A stretch of 63,840 nucleotides of DNA, filler included, from Octopus bimaculoides (Eukaryota): NCBI RefSeq assembly GCF_001194135.2. It is 6 parts of 6 records of this genome, joined end to end, with 100 filler letters (N's around TTAATTAATTAA, not from the genome) between each part and the next. Parts side by side here need not be neighbours in the genome. Positions count along the whole stretch, not along the records: positions 60,810 to 63,840 come from NC_068994.1; 5 more parts are not named here. The stretch is one strand, 5' to 3'. Shown here one piece after another: positions 63,810 to 63,840 of this stretch. Under the pieces are notes generated by a model that worked only from the letters and a program-made list of their open reading frames with translations, ran no database searches and had not been told where the DNA came from. Numbering within the stretch: the first letter of the stretch is position 1; every line of letters begins with the position of its first letter. The position numbers and the translations under genes are program-made.

Positions 63810-63840
<31 letters not shown>

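Overview
Eukaryotic, AT-rich, microsatellite-saturated draft-assembly DNA. It is most likely an octopus (coleoid cephalopod) genome; this is inferred from the recognisable SINE families and repeat style, not proven. No intact protein-coding ORF is visible: most long ORFs in the track are N-gap or microsatellite artefacts. The window is a transposon graveyard containing about 14 copies or fragments of one tRNA-derived SINE (two of them dimers sharing the same junction), a second CORE-like SINE family, and decayed non-LTR elements of several clades (R4/Dong-type RLE, L2/CR1-like, L1/Tx1-like, RTE). It also holds two Penelope-like RT fragments, four different mariner remnants, a hAT MITE with an 8-bp TSD and a Tigger-like MITE. 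Five 100-bp 44N-TTAATTAATTAA-44N scaffold linkers mean contiguity across the window is not guaranteed. Best leads: (i) degenerate minimal-hammerhead-like motifs (60855-61015; weaker ones at 2578-4215); (ii) four long fold-back palindromes (9600-9815, 24533-24699, 36489-37047, 45381-45458), two abutting gaps; (iii) two candidate ATG-bearing host exons (22543-22647 and 56523-56596); (iv) a 58-bp tandem array born inside a mariner transposase. I cannot demonstrate a new biological system from sequence alone; all of these are testable leads.
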